Virus record (IMG/VR): IMGVR_UViG_3300027762_000011
Coordinates: 1 to 60,420 of that record
DNA: 60,420 nt
Source: a virus
Taxonomy: Duplodnaviria > Caudoviricetes
Direction: 5' to 3' (one strand)
Of the stretch, positions 8,413 to 19,037 are shown in pieces (the stretch's first letter is position 1; each line of letters begins with the position of its first letter). The position numbers and the translations under genes were made by a program. The notes below the pieces were generated by a model. The model was not told the origin of the DNA. It saw nothing but the letters and a program-made list of their open reading frames with translations, and ran no database searches.

Positions 8413-9471
8413 TCAGACAAGAGAGATCAGATCGTTCCGATCAAGATCCACAAGATGCGGCAAACGATATCCATAGGTCAAATATGAACGAATACGTGCC
8501 GATTCACTTTTTCCAAGAACTTTGCCGATGTTCTCAATGTGCTCTTCAATCTCATCAATACGCTCTTTGATGAGATGAATAACTCCAAGTTCATCTTCGA
8601 CGTTGTTGGTATTCACATAGAAGTGAACCACAGTTGAGATTCCATTGGCGGCATCTTCAAAAAACTGTGGGAAGAAATCACGATAAACGTGAACTGGACC
8701 CATGGCACTTACCAAACGATCAACAGAAGAACCCCGCACATCTGCAGTTGTACTCTGAATTTTAATACCTTTCTTTGCAAAATAGCGAATGCCTTCTGCA
8801 CGGGTAAAATTAGAAAGGAAAGTTTTCTTTTCCGTTGCGTTGAAAATGGCATCAATCAAACGATTTTGAGTATCAGGAGTTTCAAAATCGGCATATTCCT
8901 GAACCCATTCACGAACTTCATCTTTCGTAACTCGGTCATCTCCTTCCTGACGATTGGCATTTTGCTCAATTACCCAAATAATACCTCGTGCCTTATAATC
9001 TGCAAATTGCGAAGGAGATCCATCGGGTCGTGGTTGAAGCTTCAAACCAACTTCATTGATCACATCATTCTTGGTAAATCCTTGTTTTGGACTCACTTTC
9101 AGAACAGGGACATATGCAATCTCGTGATCTTGCAACCAACGCAGTCGATGATTACCATTTACTGGACTGTCATCATCACTGAATACAAAAGGAGGAAGTT
9201 TGTTGATGTTCCATCCAGGAGTAAGATTTCGGTCAACAATGTCATAAACTTCTTCATCGTTGCCATGAAAACGTCCAGCATTCGCCATACCAAGTTTGCG
9301 AACAACATCAACGGCAACAACATCAGAACAATCAACTACACAAGTTTTATACTCTAAAGTTTTAATTTGCTCGGAATACATTTCACGAAGGTCATAAATA
9401 ACCTTCGTTTTTTTAAAATCATCCCAAGAAATAACATCGTTAGGAATTACAATATCATAAAAAAGAGTCAT
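8413..9471 (-). CDS. Hypothetical protein with ParB/Srx-like N-terminal domain
   Basis: GW...LPPFV...VNGNHRL matches the ParB GxHR motif. Confidence 0.6.
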   Translation of the reverse strand: MTLFYDIVIPNDVISWDDFKKTKVIYDLREMYSEQIKTLEYKTCVVDCSDVVAVDVVRKLGMANAGRFHGNDEEVYDIVDRNLTPGWNINKLPPFVFSDDDSPVNGNHRLRWLQDHEIAYVPVLKVSPKQGFTKNDVINEVGLKLQPRPDGSPSQFADYKARGIIWVIEQNANRQEGDDRVTKDEVREWVQEYADFETPDTQNRLIDAIFNATEKKTFLSNFTRAEGIRYFAKKGIKIQSTTADVRGSSVDRLVSAMGPVHVYRDFFPQFFEDAANGISTVVHFYVNTNNVEDELGVIHLIKERIDEIEEHIENIGKVLGKSESARIRSYLTYGYRLPHLVDLDRNDLISLV

Positions 9472-9534
9472 TTTTTAATCTGCCAGAGGCATAAACAACA
9501 AGTGGTTATTAGCGATCCGCTCAACCACGAAAGC

Positions 9535-9563
9535 AATATACGATGAGTCAACCGCCCTGTCAA
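9535..9563 (-). promoter_or_regulatory. Sigma70-type promoter
   Basis: TTGACA-N17-TATATT. Confidence 0.85.
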
Positions 9564-9575
9564 CCCCCTGTCCCA

Positions 9576-9977
9576 TTAGAAAAACTTTTCAATACCGATA
9601 AGTTGTCCAAATGAGTAGTCATACTCCAAAGCATCGGCACAAACATAATGAGGATGATCTGTTGATACACCTAGACGCTCACAAAGCTCCTTATGATTAT
9701 CTTCCATCATTTCTACTGCATAGAGCATATGATTTAGAACGTGCTTTTCATCATGATATTGACACAAACGTTTTTTCAATCCCACTAGAAAATTCCCAGA
9801 TCCTGCAGAATTATCAATAAACGTGCTTGTAGGATCTTGAAGTAATTCCAAAGGAATTTCATCAATCATGCTTTCTACGAGTTCTTGTGGAGTAAAGACT
9901 TCTTGGGTCTCTTTAATTCTTTCATCGGATCTTTCAATACTTGATCCAACTTCTAGATTATGCTTGTTCTTTTTCAT
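9576..9977 (-). CDS. DNA adenine methyltransferase, SAM-binding half
   Basis: QEVFTP (motif X), FIDNSAGSGNFL (motif I), LYAVE, CADAL; lacks NPPY. Confidence 0.8.
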   Translation of the reverse strand: MKKNKHNLEVGSSIERSDERIKETQEVFTPQELVESMIDEIPLELLQDPTSTFIDNSAGSGNFLVGLKKRLCQYHDEKHVLNHMLYAVEMMEDNHKELCERLGVSTDHPHYVCADALEYDYSFGQLIGIEKFF

Positions 9978-10539
9978 TTAAACATTTAATATAAGTTGAA
10001 ATTAGATCATTCTTTCCAAAGTGATATCTTCCATTACATTGAGTTGCTGCTTCTCTAAATTTATCAGCAAACTCTACCATATTTTTTACTACGTTAGGAT
10101 CTCGTACTTTTAAAAAATGATGTCCCTTTGCATAATGTGTAAAGTTTTCTGTTTTAACTCTACCGCTGGGTCCACAACCATACTCACCAACAAAAACATC
10201 TGCTTCAAATCTTCTATCATATGGAAGAAACTCAAAATCTGGATGTTCTCTCATCATAGGAATCTCACCTACACCTATTTGAAATCTAGATGTATTTTTA
10301 ACTTCCCAGTATTGTTTGACAGCACTAATACCACCAGGAAATGTAGATGCATCAAGATCTTGATCTACCACACAGTGAAGATGACCTTTAATCTTATTTA
10401 AAGAAGAAGGTTTGCGTACTGAAGTTGGTAACACAAACCTTATATCATCTGTAATCTCTGCGGTCTTATTCAGGAATTTTATAGCAAGATTACCTCCAAC
10501 ACCATATGGAGGATTACCAATAGCTAAGCTAAATCTCAT
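9958..10539 (-). CDS. DNA adenine methyltransferase, catalytic/TRD half
   Basis: Begins FSLAIGNPPY (motif IV), then FVLPTS; lacks motif I. Confidence 0.8.
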   Translation of the reverse strand: MRFSLAIGNPPYGVGGNLAIKFLNKTAEITDDIRFVLPTSVRKPSSLNKIKGHLHCVVDQDLDASTFPGGISAVKQYWEVKNTSRFQIGVGEIPMMREHPDFEFLPYDRRFEADVFVGEYGCGPSGRVKTENFTHYAKGHHFLKVRDPNVVKNMVEFADKFREAATQCNGRYHFGKNDLISTYIKCLNEKEQA

Positions 10540-10565
10540 AACTTATCTTCAACCCTAACAAAGGT

Positions 10566-10594
10566 ATTCTAGTGGGATTTAGGGATTATGTCAA
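10566..10594 (-). promoter_or_regulatory. Sigma70-type promoter for the methyltransferase pair
   Basis: TTGACA-N17-TAGAAT. Confidence 0.85.
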
Positions 10595-12537
10595 GGAGTG
10601 AGAGTTAATGTAACGGAACCAACACCAGGTACATTAAGAATAAGATTTAATCCAGATACTGTTATTTGTACCGGAGATTGACCTATTACGCTAGTAAATC
10701 CACCAGTAGAGGTAACTATTCCAGATGTATTGAGTGATGTGGTACCAGAAATTTCTCCACTTGTGATATTAAAACCACTTATATTAGATAAAGTTGATCC
10801 ATCACCATCAAATCTAGTTGCGGTTATAATACCTGAGGTATTAATATTTTGAGATCCGGAAAGATGTCCAGAAGAAATATTCGAAGCATTTAAATTAGTT
10901 AATGTTGATCCGTTGCCAGAAAATCTAGTTGCGGTTATAATACCTGAGGTATTAATATTTTGAGATCCTTCAATAGATCCTGAAGAGATGTTAAATGGAT
11001 TTAAATTAGTTATTGTTGATCCATCACCAGCAAATCTAGTTGCGGTTATAACTCCAGTTATATTAATATTTCTTGTCCCAGAAATAGTTCCAGAAGAAAG
11101 ATTAGATACATTTAAATTAGTTATTGTTGATCCATCACCAGCAAATCTAGTTGCGGTAACAACACCCGCAGTATATACATCTCCTCTGGAACTTATTCCT
11201 ATGCCACCTCCCGTATAAATTGGTTCCCTACCAATTTGAAATATGTACGTTGGAAGGTTTGTATTAATCCCAACTCTACCATTAAATATTGAATTATTAG
11301 TTACAGTAAGTGTTGATGGTGAAATTCCGCCAGATAAGTAAATATTTCCACCAACATAGGAATCTCCAGTTACTGTTGATGTGCCAACGACATGAAATTT
11401 ATTTGATGGATTTGTTATTCCAAGACCCAAATTTCCAGTATAAGTCAAAGACATTAAATTATTTAATGATTGACCATATATCCAATTAAAAGACCCAGTA
11501 TTTATTCCAGTATTGCCAAAATGAAGATAATAATTCACATTTCCAGTAGAATTATTAATTAAATCAATAGAAGTTTGTGTGCTTTGTGGATAAGAATTGT
11601 CAGTATTGCCGTACTGTAAAACACCATTATTTCCAGATAATGTAACACTTCTTCCAAAAATTAATCGTGACGGATTAGATCCATCACTTGTCAATTGAAT
11701 TCTTGTATCGCCATTTTTTCTTAAATGTAAGTCGGAAGATGGATTTGTTGTTCCAATACCAATTCTTTGTGCTGAGTATAAAAGAGAAGTAACTGTGGAA
11801 ATTGATACGTTTGCAAATGAACTATCAATAGAATTAATAGTTATATTTGAAGTTTGAGTAATTGAATTGGCAGTATTTGCTATTCCTGTTAAATTTCCAA
11901 CAAATGTTGGTGCAGTTATTGTTCCTGATAAATTAATACTTGAGGGTAATCTGGAATTATTTAAAGTCCCCGAAGATATGTTAGATGCGTTTATTAACGT
12001 TAAATCAGAACCAAAACCTACGAAACTTCTTGCGGTGATAATTCCAGTTGGAGTTACAATATTACCTCTTCTATCAAATCCAACTCCATTAGTAAATGCA
12101 AAAACGTTATTATTTCCACCTACTTGAAATGCAAATCTAGGATCATTTGTTGCAACACCAACATTACCTTGAGAATAGATGCTAGTAAATCCTAATCCAA
12201 CATCAGTGTCCAACCATTGTGAAGTTGGTAAATTAAGAAGTTTCCCACCATCACCGTAATAAGTTACAACACCTGAAGATGCGGTTATAATGCCAGATGT
12301 AATTGATGTTATTCCTACATTCAATCTTTGAAATGATCCTGATTGATTTACCAAACTAGATCCAGAAAGACTGCCAACAGTAAGATTTCCAGAGATAATG
12401 GCATTACCTCTAACATCCAAAAATTCGGTTGGAACAGATGTGCCTATTCCAACCAACCCATTAGGATTTACTATAAAGTTATCATCATCTACCTGAACAC
12501 CATTTTTAAAATTAAATGACCTTCTATAACTTGCCAT
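10591..12537 (-). CDS. Tail fibre-like virion structural protein
   Basis: Repeated VGIGTTNP and GIITATRFxGDGS fibre motifs; late promoter upstream. Confidence 0.8.
   Translation of the reverse strand: MASYRRSFNFKNGVQVDDDNFIVNPNGLVGIGTSVPTEFLDVRGNAIISGNLTVGSLSGSSLVNQSGSFQRLNVGITSITSGIITASSGVVTYYGDGGKLLNLPTSQWLDTDVGLGFTSIYSQGNVGVATNDPRFAFQVGGNNNVFAFTNGVGFDRRGNIVTPTGIITARSFVGFGSDLTLINASNISSGTLNNSRLPSSINLSGTITAPTFVGNLTGIANTANSITQTSNITINSIDSSFANVSISTVTSLLYSAQRIGIGTTNPSSDLHLRKNGDTRIQLTSDGSNPSRLIFGRSVTLSGNNGVLQYGNTDNSYPQSTQTSIDLINNSTGNVNYYLHFGNTGINTGSFNWIYGQSLNNLMSLTYTGNLGLGITNPSNKFHVVGTSTVTGDSYVGGNIYLSGGISPSTLTVTNNSIFNGRVGINTNLPTYIFQIGREPIYTGGGIGISSRGDVYTAGVVTATRFAGDGSTITNLNVSNLSSGTISGTRNINITGVITATRFAGDGSTITNLNPFNISSGSIEGSQNINTSGIITATRFSGNGSTLTNLNASNISSGHLSGSQNINTSGIITATRFDGDGSTLSNISGFNITSGEISGTTSLNTSGIVTSTGGFTSVIGQSPVQITVSGLNLILNVPGVGSVTLTLTP
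10750..11170 (-). repeat. 111-bp (37-aa) tandem repeat, about 4 copies
   Basis: aatctagttgcggt at 10811, 10922, 11033, 11144. Confidence 0.9.
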
Positions 12538-12556
12538 CTTAAAATGATTTTATAGT

Positions 12557-12563
12557 TATTTAT
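12557..12563 (-). promoter_or_regulatory. T4-type late promoter (ATAAATA)
   Basis: Intergenic, about 20 nt upstream of ATG; similar sites at 18535, 18864, 24537, 42625, 50366, 60107. Confidence 0.65.
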
Positions 12564-12573
12564 TTTATAAAGA

Positions 12574-15500
12574 TTATACTAATCTCATAATGTAGAATAA
12601 TGCAAAATATGGAGGTAAATTAAGGTTATCTCCAGAAACTCCTGTAGCATCAACATTGTGGCTATGACCACCAACTCCAGTAACAGAACCACCATGTCCG
12701 TGAGCACCACCAGAAACACTAACACTATGTGAATGTGAACCACTATCAGGTATAGTTACTGGATGGCTATGTGGTGCATTATCCGCATTGACAGTTAATG
12801 GGTGAGCATGAGATCCATTACTATTTGTTCTATCCCCATTAGCACCTCGGTTATTACTAGAATCACCAGGTTGTGATGGACCATCACCGGTATTAGTTCT
12901 AGTATATCCGTGATCATGTCCCCCAGCACTATTAGCAGTTCCTCCATGAGAGTGTGGAGCATTAGAAGCATTTGCTGTTCCACTATGAGAATGAGATCCT
13001 CCACTAGCACTACCACTTAAAGATAGTGAAGGACTTTCGTTAATAGTAACACCATGAACGTGTCCTCCATCACCACTTAATGTATGGAAGTGATCAATTA
13101 CTACAGAATTCTTAGATCCACCAGATCTCTTTAATGTTCCTTCTACGTTTGATCCACCATTACCACTTGATGCTATAACAAATTGATTTGTTAAATTAGG
13201 AATTTTAAATGTAGTTGTTGCTCCAGGTAAATCAGTAACTCCTGCCTGATATGCAGTTCCACCATAAGTATTTGAAATAACAGCGTGTAGTGTTCTGTAA
13301 GTATAGGTATTTAAATCTTGTCCATTGCATATACCCCACTGAGTAATACCAGGAGAAGATGGTAAATTATCAGTTGTTCCCGCCCATATTACAATACTTC
13401 CAATTGGAGTAACATTTGGAACAGCAAGATAATTTGCAGTTAAAGTTCCACTATCTGGTCCAGGTACGACACCATTTCCAGTAAGTGTTAAGTTACCAGC
13501 AAGAGTTGTTGTGGTGTTAATTGCAACATTACTACCAACTACAGAATTTAAAACTAAATTTCCAGAAGATGTATCAATTGTCTGATCATTTGTGACTCCT
13601 ATTCTAATATTACCGACATAAGCATCACTAAATGGTAAAGAGGATGTTCCAATATATGCTCCTTTTGAATCGTCTGGAACAATTCCAACTCCAGCAGTAA
13701 TTAAGTTATTGCCAGTGATGTTACCGTTTACGTTTAGATTTCTATTGATGCCGACTCCACCAGAAACAACAATTGCACCAGTAGCAGATGATGTAGATTG
13801 TGTTTTATTAGTAACTCTTAATCTTCCGGAAATAGTCAGATCAGTATTAAAAGTAACCGCACCATTAAAGGTAACTGGTCCATCAAATTGAGATAAAATA
13901 GTTCCAGAGTTTCCACCTTCCACAAGAAGTCTCTCTTTTACAATAACTTCATCATAAACAACACTCAATCTTGAAGGATCTTGCCCAGTGATTGTTGGAA
14001 CGGGAATATCAAATGTTGTTTGTTGACCACTAGATGCCGAATATTTTGTATTACCAATAAAGAAATCACCATCACTATTCATTCCAGTGTAAATTACACT
14101 TCCACCAGAAGTTTCTTGGGATTGAGCAAGAAAATCTTCTCTTTCAGTTATGGTTTTAACTTGTAACTGTGGTAAACCTGTTGAGTAGTTACCTGGTCCA
14201 TATCCAAGGTATTCAAATGTATGTCCAGAAGCACGAAGAATAGATGGTCTGCGGAACTCAATAGGAATTAATTTAATTTTACGAATTAAAGAACCATTAG
14301 AATGATTTTCTTTGAGAGTTCCCATAGCACCACGAATTACCGTGATTTGATTATTACTTGCACCACTTAATGTGCTGGAAGTAATTCTCATAATTTCATT
14401 ATCAATTTGAATATAAGATCCGAGTGGGAATCTTCTTGTTGTAGCAATACCAACATTAATCAATCTGACAGGAAATGATGCATCACTTTCAATATTTGCT
14501 AGCAATTCCATGCACTCATTGTCATAGAAGAAAGATCCTCTAGTTGCAAGGTTTTCTCCAGTATCATCCGCAATACCTTCGTTTGAAGATAATGAATGTT
14601 TCAAAATACGTCTTGGAGTTAATCCAAATCCAGATGTCTTAGCAGTAAATTGAGTAATAGAAGGTGCAGCTATAACAAGGTAGTCGCCTAAATTATTATT
14701 GCTAGAATCAATAACTCTAAATTGATTTCCAGAAATTAAACCATGTCTTGAAAAACAATTGAATGTTGTTATACCAGATGTAGAGTCATGTGATATTGAA
14801 GAAACATCAATAGGAATATTGCTGTTAATGAAGTATTGACCAACAACAGGGACAACATCAGATGCTGTTTTTGCAATGGAAATTTGATTTTTTGCAGGTA
14901 AACTTGTAATTCTATAAAATCCGTCAGTAACTGTTCCGATACCTGTTAGTTGTATGGTATTTCCAACTGCAGTAGAAATACCAGATGTTGCTATGGTATA
15001 TGATGCACTTGGAGCACCACCAATAACTCCACTATCAAAGAATAAAGTCTCTGCATTATTATATCCAGATCCACCAGAAATAATTTCTGCAGAAGTTACA
15101 TTTCCTCCAGCACCAACAACTACTCTTGCTGTGGCACCATCCCAAGTTGTTAAGAAACTATCATTATACAATTTGACGTTAAAATATGTTCCGGCAGTAT
15201 GACCAGAACCACCACTTAATGTTCCGGTAACAACACCACCCAAACCATGTTCCCTATCAAATGTAATTGTTGCTGATGTTGCACTTGATGTAACATTAGT
15301 TACTTGAGGAGAAATTCCAAATCCAGTGTAAAATTTATCAATAGTTTCTCTTGTTATACTCTTTTTAAGGTCATTTGTTACAACATCACCTAATGGACTT
15401 CTTTTTGCAAAAGATTCCGCTGCCGGTGGATTATCATTTTTATTATCTCTATCAAGTTGAGGATACAAATCAACAATGTTTTGGGTATATGCAAGATCTG

Positions 15501-18500
15501 TAAATTCACTTTCAATTTTGTTAGAGGCATTAATTAAATACAGATAATAAACTCCATCCTGAACATTATAAATGTACGGATTTATAACTTCTTTTCTGTA
15601 TACAATAAAGTTTTTCTTATTATCATTTCTTTCAAATCTAGGAAGAGTAACATCTCTTACATTGGTGTTGCTTGTAAAAGTTCCTGGAGAATGAAGTACA
15701 CCATAAATATCGGTTGCACTATATGTAAATGTTTTGTCATCTACTATGGTATCGACAAGAAAAACACCATTGTATCCACGATTTAATACTGCGGCAGTAT
15801 TTGTGGAACTCTTTACATTTTTGACAATTACTTGATCTCCATATTTTAAGTTATGAGGAAGATCAGATGTTACTGTAATTATCTTATTAATACTATCATA
15901 AGTACATTGGTTAATAAATCTTGGATTTCTATTAAAAAGATAATCCAAAGAAGTAATGGAACTAAGAGTAAAGTCTGAGGTGCTTCTGGCACCAGTAGTG
16001 CTTGATTCTTGAATAATAAATCCATCACTTGGATCTCTTGCATTATCAAGCTCTTTGGGAATAACTACACGAACTTTATAAATCTTTTCATCTAAACTTC
16101 TATTATCTTCATATCTCTTTAAGTAAGAGACATCGGTTCTTTCTCCTAAAATTTCTACACTTAAAGTTGTTAAAGCATCGTAAATTTCATTACCAGTATT
16201 AACATGAATATACCAATTTGAATTTGCCGAATCCCATTGAATTGGGGATCCTATTTCACCCGCATTTTTATCGGATACTACACTTAATATTTTTAGTTGA
16301 ACTCCACCATAAATTTTTAGATACTGTGGAGTTGCAGTATCTGCATTAGTTTTTGAAGATGCAATTTGTATTTGATCACTTGTAAGTGTTATGCCATCAC
16401 TTCTAGTTGCATTTGATTCGTTTGTAATTGCATAATAAATTTTATTATTTGTAATGTTTTCTGGGAGATCTCCAGATTCACTGATGATTCTAATTTTTTC
16501 ACCATTTTTAATATTATTTTGTCCAATATCAATTACGGATTGACTGTTTGGAGCAAGTGCAATATATGATTTTTCAGAACTATCTGTTCCAAAGGAAATA
16601 TTAGAAGTAACCCTATCAACCATTAAGATTGATGCTGAATAAGTATTAGTTGTATTCTCGTCAATATCTACATCAACATATAATTCATCATATCTTCTTG
16701 CACCTATTCTATAACCTTGAGTGATAATGGGAGGGATATCATCTTGCTTATCAAAACCAAATAAGTAAAGATGACTAGAAATACCTACAGTTTTTGTTTT
16801 ATTAACATCCAAAGAAATCCAGTCAATGTCAGTTTCTTCCGTAATAATTGATCTTGGAGTAACAATTGAAGTTATAAATGCTTTATCATCTTTATCAAAA
16901 CTTTCCTGTTTAAATCCATCACACCCCAAAGAGTGTTGACCAAAGTTAGAGTTGGAGTTTGTAATACTTCCATCTCCACCTGTTCTAGAATCAAAGTGTT
17001 TGTAGAAACCAATCGCAAACACTGATACAACCTGGATAAATGCATCATTACTAATTGTAATGTGAGATGGTTGCCATCCTCTTCTGTAAACTGCGCCAGA
17101 ATCAAGGTGATAAACCGTTGAAACATTTGTTGATGCTGATCCAGATGACAATAAAGAACCAGTTACCTTGGTAATATTAATACCATCATAGGTTCTACTT
17201 TGAGGATTATATTTTACAAATGCTCTATCGTCTTTTTGAAGTGAAACTCCAGTAAATTGAGCAACAACCATAGAACGGAATCCAGATGCCTTAGATCCAT
17301 CTGCGTGCATTCCATTCATACCCCATACTGAACGTAAGGAGATGTTAAAGATGTAAGGAGAAGCTCCAGAAACTGTATCAGTTTCAATAGTAACAGTTGC
17401 TGCAGAAGCACTTAATCCAGCAGCAGAACCTGCAGGAAGGTTATCCCTTACAAAGGGTAAAAGATATGTAAATGTTGTTTCACTAAGAACAGTTTGAACT
17501 TTTGTTGATATATTGTAATCGTCAACATTTACTCCTCTTATTTTAACAGGAGTATTTGATGTTAAACCGTGTGGAAAACTTGTTGTTACAGTAATGATAG
17601 ATCCTGGAGTTGCACCATCTCCAGAAATTATAGAACTGATGTTTATTGGATCTGTTGCAAAAGCTCCAACGATTTCCCATTCTGGTCTTTGTTTTGCTAA
17701 ACCTCCTGGTTCATCTGGATATTTTTGATCTACATTTCTTCCTGATGCATTATTATATGCTCTAGTGAGTTTATAATAATACATATCCAAATCAGTAAAA
17801 TCAAATTGAGATGGAATGTTAACTCCATCAGCATATTCAAATACTGTTAGTTTATGGTGTGAAAATGTGGGTTTCGATCTATTGTTAATTGAAAAATCTA
17901 CAGGATCTGTATAGACATTTTCTAGTTCATTACCATCAAAAACGGAAAGTTGCCAAAAATAACATGCGCCAGTTATTCTGAAAATAGAACTATTCCTTAC
18001 ATTAATATCAGTAGGGTTTGGAACGTATTTTGGTCTTATTTTAGTTTTTCTTAAATCAAGACCAACAATAGATGTTCCTCTAGGAACAATTACTCCACCA
18101 TAAATGCTATTAAATTTATAGAGAATATTATCTGGTTGAGTAATATCAAAATTAGAATTTAAATTGAGATCAAATTCTGCAATTGCTTCTGATTCTACTC
18201 CAGCAGGAGAAACTGCTCTTGGTGCATTATTTGATTCTCTAATTCCATACCCTGGTCTATTGTCTACAATATATTCTCCAGGAAACAGAAGAATTGTTGT
18301 TTTTTCTGTTATATCGTTATCATTACCTCTTAAATATGAAAATCTTGCAGATTCAAGAAGTGCTCTTTGAATAGTTTTAAATGGTTTAGTTAATGAGTTA
18401 CCTTGATTTTCAACACTATCAGTCGCATCTAGATCGTTTGGATTGACATAAAGAATACGTCCTTCTGTATTCTTAATAAAATTTTCTAATTTATTTAATG

Positions 18501-18504
18501 GCAA
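12574..18504 (-). CDS. Large tail fibre/virion protein: beta-helix-like N-terminus, tail-collar domain, His-x-His needle C-terminus
   Basis: ILYVNP...PFKTIQRAL; TPIGSIVIWAG...ICNG...TTFKIPNL collar; multiple HSH/HAH; ends NLPPYFALFYIMR; TTG start. Confidence 0.85.
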   Translation of the reverse strand: MPLNKLENFIKNTEGRILYVNPNDLDATDSVENQGNSLTKPFKTIQRALLESARFSYLRGNDNDITEKTTILLFPGEYIVDNRPGYGIRESNNAPRAVSPAGVESEAIAEFDLNLNSNFDITQPDNILYKFNSIYGGVIVPRGTSIVGLDLRKTKIRPKYVPNPTDINVRNSSIFRITGACYFWQLSVFDGNELENVYTDPVDFSINNRSKPTFSHHKLTVFEYADGVNIPSQFDFTDLDMYYYKLTRAYNNASGRNVDQKYPDEPGGLAKQRPEWEIVGAFATDPINISSIISGDGATPGSIITVTTSFPHGLTSNTPVKIRGVNVDDYNISTKVQTVLSETTFTYLLPFVRDNLPAGSAAGLSASAATVTIETDTVSGASPYIFNISLRSVWGMNGMHADGSKASGFRSMVVAQFTGVSLQKDDRAFVKYNPQSRTYDGINITKVTGSLLSSGSASTNVSTVYHLDSGAVYRRGWQPSHITISNDAFIQVVSVFAIGFYKHFDSRTGGDGSITNSNSNFGQHSLGCDGFKQESFDKDDKAFITSIVTPRSIITEETDIDWISLDVNKTKTVGISSHLYLFGFDKQDDIPPIITQGYRIGARRYDELYVDVDIDENTTNTYSASILMVDRVTSNISFGTDSSEKSYIALAPNSQSVIDIGQNNIKNGEKIRIISESGDLPENITNNKIYYAITNESNATRSDGITLTSDQIQIASSKTNADTATPQYLKIYGGVQLKILSVVSDKNAGEIGSPIQWDSANSNWYIHVNTGNEIYDALTTLSVEILGERTDVSYLKRYEDNRSLDEKIYKVRVVIPKELDNARDPSDGFIIQESSTTGARSTSDFTLSSITSLDYLFNRNPRFINQCTYDSINKIITVTSDLPHNLKYGDQVIVKNVKSSTNTAAVLNRGYNGVFLVDTIVDDKTFTYSATDIYGVLHSPGTFTSNTNVRDVTLPRFERNDNKKNFIVYRKEVINPYIYNVQDGVYYLYLINASNKIESEFTDLAYTQNIVDLYPQLDRDNKNDNPPAAESFAKRSPLGDVVTNDLKKSITRETIDKFYTGFGISPQVTNVTSSATSATITFDREHGLGGVVTGTLSGGSGHTAGTYFNVKLYNDSFLTTWDGATARVVVGAGGNVTSAEIISGGSGYNNAETLFFDSGVIGGAPSASYTIATSGISTAVGNTIQLTGIGTVTDGFYRITSLPAKNQISIAKTASDVVPVVGQYFINSNIPIDVSSISHDSTSGITTFNCFSRHGLISGNQFRVIDSSNNNLGDYLVIAAPSITQFTAKTSGFGLTPRRILKHSLSSNEGIADDTGENLATRGSFFYDNECMELLANIESDASFPVRLINVGIATTRRFPLGSYIQIDNEIMRITSSTLSGASNNQITVIRGAMGTLKENHSNGSLIRKIKLIPIEFRRPSILRASGHTFEYLGYGPGNYSTGLPQLQVKTITEREDFLAQSQETSGGSVIYTGMNSDGDFFIGNTKYSASSGQQTTFDIPVPTITGQDPSRLSVVYDEVIVKERLLVEGGNSGTILSQFDGPVTFNGAVTFNTDLTISGRLRVTNKTQSTSSATGAIVVSGGVGINRNLNVNGNITGNNLITAGVGIVPDDSKGAYIGTSSLPFSDAYVGNIRIGVTNDQTIDTSSGNLVLNSVVGSNVAINTTTTLAGNLTLTGNGVVPGPDSGTLTANYLAVPNVTPIGSIVIWAGTTDNLPSSPGITQWGICNGQDLNTYTYRTLHAVISNTYGGTAYQAGVTDLPGATTTFKIPNLTNQFVIASSGNGGSNVEGTLKRSGGSKNSVVIDHFHTLSGDGGHVHGVTINESPSLSLSGSASGGSHSHSGTANASNAPHSHGGTANSAGGHDHGYTRTNTGDGPSQPGDSSNNRGANGDRTNSNGSHAHPLTVNADNAPHSHPVTIPDSGSHSHSVSVSGGAHGHGGSVTGVGGHSHNVDATGVSGDNLNLPPYFALFYIMRLV

Positions 18505-18537
18505 TTTTCCGCACCAGGAACTTCTTCTATCCTTTAT

Positions 18538-18843
18538 TTATGAAGTCAGATCTTCTCCATCATAATCAAATTCAACCTCTTCTGGCATGTCTTCTGGATT
18601 TTCTAAATCAACTGGAAACAAGCATGGATGTGCCTCTTCATCTATAAGATAAAATGAAGACTTATATAAGTCTTCTGGTTCAAATGTTCTTTCTTTGTCT
18701 GCTGCCCCACAAAGATCTACATCATACAAATGACCATCTGGTAATTCATCAAACGTAAAAGGTACGTGATTGATAAAATACATCTTCACAATCATACTGC
18801 CATTATTGTACCAGCAGTATGCGTGATCAATACGATAAGACAT
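18538..18843 (-). CDS. Conserved cyanophage hypothetical protein
   Basis: Start moved to MSYRIDHAY because the longer ORF overlaps a tRNA; ATAAATA at 18864-18870. Confidence 0.8.
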   Translation of the reverse strand: MSYRIDHAYCWYNNGSMIVKMYFINHVPFTFDELPDGHLYDVDLCGAADKERTFEPEDLYKSSFYLIDEEAHPCLFPVDLENPEDMPEEVEFDYDGEDLTS

Positions 18844-18874
18844 AGGGATTTTCCCATATCTTATATTTATTTTA

Positions 18875-18947
18875 TGCTCCTTGCGTGGATCGAACACGCC
18901 TCAGGCGAATTATGAGTTCGCTGCATTCACCAGATTGCTAAAGGAGC
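18875..18947 (-). tRNA. tRNA with CAT anticodon (probably Ile2; elongator Met possible)
   Basis: GCTCCTT/AAGGAGC acceptor, GCGAA-CTCATAA-TTCGC anticodon arm, GTTCGATC T-loop; C4:G69 and C5:G68. Confidence 0.9.
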
Positions 18948-18951
18948 AAGG

Positions 18952-19023
18952 TAGGACTGCTGAGAATTGAACTCCGTTCACACCGTTATAAGCAGTGGGC
19001 CTTAACCAATAGGCGACAGTCCC
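18952..19023 (-). tRNA. tRNA-Ile (TAT)
   Basis: GGGACTG/CAGTCCT acceptor, CACTG-CTTATAA-CGGTG anticodon arm, GTTCAATT T-loop (one T-stem mismatch). Confidence 0.88.
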
Positions 19024-19037
19024 ATAAAACCAGATCA

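Noticed and set aside
8689-9357. 222-aa plus-strand ORF and other short antisense ORFs
   Set aside because: Antisense to better-supported genes; no motifs or expression signals.
9576-10539. Frameshifted methyltransferase pseudogene
   Set aside because: Halves are in reversed motif order, each intact with its own start.
18844-18897. N-terminal extension of the 119-aa ORF
   Set aside because: Overlaps the tRNA and a late promoter; ATG at 18843 preferred.
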